From: Rhizodiscina lignyota
Taxonomy: Eukaryota
DNA length: 64,000 nucleotides
Direction of reading: 5' to 3'
NCBI GenBank assembly: GCA_010015805.1
Contig: ML978129.1
Span: 930,001 to 994,000, forward strand
In this document: in pieces, positions 59,852 through 64,000 of the stretch
Position numbering within the stretch: position 1 is the first letter of the stretch
Layout: every line of letters starts with the position of its first letter
The notes under the pieces: model-generated
The model's database searches: none
The model's input: the letters and a program-made list of their open reading frames with translations, nothing else
Told to the model about the DNA's origin: nothing
Translations under genes and position numbers: made by a program

Positions 59852-59930
59852 GAGCAGCCCTCTGCCATATCATGCAGCCTCGTTACTGGTGCTTGTGTTA
59901 GGGCTGCTCCGCACCTGAGCAGCCCAAGCA
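59852..59930. repeat. Three-arm inverted/direct repeat (alternative hairpins)
   Basis: GAGCAGCCCT (59852-59861), AGGGCTGCTC (59900-59909) and GAGCAGCCC (59917-59925). The middle arm is complementary to both outer arms. Confidence 0.85.
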
Positions 59931-60883
59931 GGATGCTGCCACGATGTCATTGACCTGATCGGTGGTAAGGCGATTGAACTGGAGATCGAGCCGCAAAGCG
60001 AGATCCAATGCGGTTCAGAGATAGCGTCTGATGAGCGGAGATTTCCATCGTGCAGTTGGAAGGGCATCATGCGTCGCCTCTGGACCTCACGCCGGATGAG
60101 ATATCGTAAGATTGGAATCGAAGTACTTCCGGTTGCGGAAGGATAGAATGATATCTGAGTTGTGATCACGAGACAGCCGAAGGCAGACTTCTGTAAAGGG
60201 TAGAATGGACCGAGATGTTGAACGCCGTGGAACATGAACAGAACAACTGTCATGTGAGTACATCCGGAGAGCGCTCCCTCGGCTCTCATTCGTGCAAGGC
60301 GTAAGAACGATGCCCTCTGTGGTACAAAAAGGAGCATATCACGCGCATCTCCAGTAAACATTCATATTAAGGCTGGACTTCAGGAAACTTAGTAGTGAAA
60401 TTAATGAATAAAGATATGATGTTGTAGAAACTTTCTTTCAGCTTTGATTTCCTCGGAGAACCTATTCTGGATGTCAGTCTCAGCATACACATTTCATTGT
60501 TGAGTCACTGGTTTGTCTGCCTTGCGAGATTCCTGGAGTTTGCTGTTTTCGGCGGGCATTGCATGAGACATGCGCATGTAGTTGTCCAATTGTCACCCAC
60601 CGATTGAGGCAGTCCAAGGATTGAAAAGCACAGTCTAGCAAGAGAGCCGTAAGGAGCTCGTGTGAATCGACCTTCAAATTACGGAGGCGAAAGAATATCT
60701 TTCCAAGATACGCCAACTTCCATTTGCGCCATTGCTGTACAAGAATTGGCTCGAAGCTACGACAGGCGGCAGCTGCGAGCTCATTTGGCGAACGAGCATG
60801 AGAACAGTGCCAATCGCCTTTCTTCAAGATATGAACAAAACCTTGCAGACTTCGAAGGAGAAGAAAAAAGCGCTCATTTTTGC

Positions 60884-63800
60884 TTAGTGCTCCGGAACTG
60901 TCCCAAAAGTCCATCCACCCTCTTTCATCATTTTTTCTCTTCCTTCTTTATCCCTTCTTCGCTCCTCCTCAGTCAGCCTATCGGCACCATTCCAATTCGC
61001 ACTGCTTGTCCTCTCTCGCCACCTTTTCGCCCTCTCCTTGTTCTTGAAAATCTCATCCATCTTTAGCTCTCCAATGGGGCCGAAGATGGTTTCGGGATCT
61101 ACGAGCTGCTGTTGGCTGAGGGCTTGATTCAACAATGGAGAATCGACCCAGCTCGGAGCCGCAAACTCGTTATCCGAATCCTCGTCCTCGGAATCAGTTG
61201 CGATATCTGGGAGCTGAATGGATTCACCAGGCGGGTAGTGCGGCGATGACTTGGCGGCGGATTTGGAAGCTATGGTTGCGCCTTCTGGGCGTAGTGGTGT
61301 TTTGTAAGTCTGGGAATTGGCCGTGATAGCTGACGAACCAGCGGCTGGAGCATTTGGACCATCGGCGAAAGGAATACGAGCATTGGCGTATTTGGCCATA
61401 TCATGAGGGTGACCGGTGGGAAGCTTCACGGACGGCTGACCATGCTGTTGTTGAAGCTGATGCTGCGATGTGACAGTTGCTTTAAACATAGAGGTGGCAT
61501 GGGATGATTGCTGGGGAGCTGTCACATAACCATGGGTGAACTTGCTCGGTTCCTACATATCGATGGTTAGTAGAAAATCGAAAGAGAGGAGCAATAGGAA
61601 ATACCTTGCGAATATTAGAGTTACGGATTGGAGGAGCCATAACCGAACGGCGATTCTCTCCCTCCTCTTCTCCTTCGTTCGTCCTCCTGCGCTTGGCATC
61701 CAGCTGTTGATAAGATGGTGGGTTCCTCTGCACTGTCGGACGCTGCACAGCTTCCTCATCTTGCTCTGGCTGAAGAGGGCGCTTCGCTGGTTTTGCATGA
61801 TTGACTGGAATTGCCCTCGGAGGGTCTTGGACCATCTTTATCTGGCCAACGGGACGGGCTGTCCCAAGATCGGCGCGTTGATATGTTGGGGGACCATGAG
61901 ATCGCTCCTGCTGCAGTGCATTCGCCAGTTCATTCGCTTGTCGGCTTGGGGGTCGAGCAGCCTCCCTTTTCTGCTGTTCAAGTCTTTTCGCTTCTTCCGC
62001 TTTCCTCTGTGCAGCCCTCTTAGCCTCTTGAATGCGACGTTGCTCCTCTTCTTTGCGCTGCTGTTCAGCTTTACGTTCTTCTTCCAGCTTCGCTGCTCGT
62101 TTTTGCTCAAGCTCTCGCTTCTGTTCAGCTTTACGCTGAGCTGCCTTTTCCTCCTGTATCACGTTAGACAATACATCAAAAAGATACTTGCTTCAACAGT
62201 TTGACTTACCAACTCTTTCTTCCTAGCCGCAGCTTCAAGAGCTTTGGGTCTACCTGATTGGCTCGAGGCGTTTGTCCGAAGTGTGTTGCTACTAGACTGG
62301 GACTGTAGCGAGGATGTGCTGGTTTTGCCCAATACTTGCTGTGGCGGTTGCTTCGGTGGAACTTGGGGAGGAAGTGAATCATGCAGACTGGCAGACAGAG
62401 CTGTATTACTCGGCTGCTGATTCTGTCCAATTCTCTGGCTTTCCAAATACACTCTCACAGGCTTTGACGGTCCTGTAGACTTGTTCAGCGTTTCCTTCGT
62501 TGGTTTCATCGGGCGCCTCGGTTGCTCCCGTGTCTTGTTCGGCTGCTGACCGGTTGTTGGGAGCAGGCTCTTCGGGGGTGGTGGAGGAGGCATTTCGTCC
62601 GCAGAATCTGGCTCCTTCTCGACAGCCTTTAACTTCTGTGCCTTCTGAGTCGCTGCTTTCTGCCGTTCTTTTTCACGAGCCTTCTCAAGCTCCCCCGTCA
62701 TACGCTCTTTCTCTTTCACCTCCCTTTCTCTACGCTTCTCTTCTTTTTCGCGTTCGCTGGAACTGCGAGTTCGACGGCCTTCACTTTTAGATGGGCTTGC
62801 GGGTCTAGCAATATCTTCCGCTTGTGCTTCAATATTGGGATACAGAGCGGGTGTAGGATGCACTTCAGGGTTTGGACTGAATAGTTCCTCGATAGTCATT
62901 GGCAATTGCTCCTTGGATCGTTTAGAAGACAAGACCTCTGATTTGGCTTGAGCGCTCACAGCTGCACTGCTTGCGAAGATCCCTTTCGCGGACTTCAGCA
63001 CGGAATAAAGCTTAGCCTTCGACGCGCTCAACGGGCCATCCGCGTATTTTTTGTTTGGAGAGCCTGCCGGTGTTGTTGTTTCTCGGGAAGGCATGTCAGG
63101 ATTCGATACAGAGACTGCTTTCTTATGACTTGGCTCTACTGCCATGGCGGCCCTTGTTGGGGATGGCATGGCAGAGCCAGAGATTGACTTGACGTGGCCG
63201 AAAACACCCACTCTCGATGGTGAAGCAAGAGGGTCAGCTGATCTGTGATGGAGCAAGGGCAGCCCGAACTGGGCTTCGTCGGCTCCATCCTGATTCCTTG
63301 CTACAGCATCGGAGGAGACCGTCGGCTGTGCTTCGGATCGTTGAACAAGGTGGCCATTTGAGACAACGGGCACAATCCAGTCATCATCGTCATCTGGGTG
63401 CACAACGCGTGCTGTTGGAACATGATCCTTCAGCGGCACTGCTGGGCCTTCGAGAGGCTTACTGTGCTCATTTGCTGAAGACGATGGGTTCGAATGAATC
63501 GACTGTGCCATGCTGCTCAGGTTCTGAATCGACTTGGACGTCCTTGGCTCCTGCGTCTGTGCAAGCATATTGATACGATCATGGAGCCTCTGAGTCGACA
63601 TCGTGTTATGAAGCTTTGTGGTTTCAGACTCAACGCGTGAGAGAGCAGGTCTGCTGTTCTCAATGTCGCTGTGATCGTCGTCATCTCCAAACGCAGAGTT
63701 CGTATTGGCGTGCGCAGTACCCAAACTCTTCCCTGCCGTCGTCCTGCCAAATTGACTGCTCCGGCCAACCCCAGAGGCTTTGAGCTGATCCAAGTGACTC

Positions 63801-64000
63801 GTCCTTGACACGCGATTGCCAATACTGTGCTTACTGCTCAGTGGTTCGCGAGCCGGTAGAGAGGCGAAAGTAAGACTGCTCTTTCGCAGCAAAGGTTGGA
63901 CTGGACTGGAGCCCTCAGATGGTGATCGAACGTCGTCAATGTCCATTACATCTCTTGACTCTACCGCATCCTGTGCTTTGGAATCAGTCACAGCAGGTTC
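60884..64000 (-). CDS. INCENP: Inner centromere protein INCENP (Sli15/Pic1-like), 5' end outside window
   Basis: Charged single-alpha-helix-like region and C-terminal IN-box LPDIATDSEDED..PSWVDSP.L..L..QQLVDPETIFGPIGELKMDEIF..RTSSANW. Introns 62154-62209 and 61553-61604. Confidence 0.92.

Noticed and set aside
60035..60065. RRFPSCSWKG resembling the FPSWSW motif of HET-domain proteins
   Set aside because: Single short imperfect motif with no other HET blocks nearby.
61536..62204. 222-aa Phe/Leu-rich plus-strand ORF
   Set aside because: Antisense mirror of the Glu/Lys/Arg helical region of INCENP.

Overview
Eukaryotic, gene-dense DNA from a filamentous ascomycete (Pezizomycotina; short GT-AG introns with CTRAY branch sites). 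I can support 27 intact or edge-truncated protein-coding genes and one clear pseudogene. Most are housekeeping genes: SDH5, MIM2, SUI3/eIF2-beta, KRE33/NAT10, SEC66, NPL4, RFC2 and INCENP. Others are a CrpA-type Cu P1B-ATPase, a GT90 glycosyltransferase, a BAH-PHD chromatin reader, a Skg3/Caf120-like PH protein, two SDRs, an FAD monooxygenase, a metallo-beta-lactamase-fold protein, and FAS1, DUF3844 and DUF3807 proteins. Many sit in tight head-to-head pairs. I saw no tRNA, rRNA, CRISPR array or intact transposon. The least explained items are (1) a spliced 77-aa hyper-acidic microprotein missed by the ORF track, (2) a three-arm switchable hairpin flanked by C/D-box-like motifs in a ~5 kb gene-poor gap, (3) a catalytically dead, membrane-anchored aspartic-protease-fold protein with an in-frame uORF and no obvious signal peptide, (4) a large Thr/Val beta-repeat secreted protein, (5) a decayed MFS transporter, (6) a 33-bp duplication of a start-codon region and (7) a CGGCTAAW motif shared by three bidirectional promoters. 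I found no convincing multi-gene novel system. Family assignments come from recognising motifs by eye, not from database searches.
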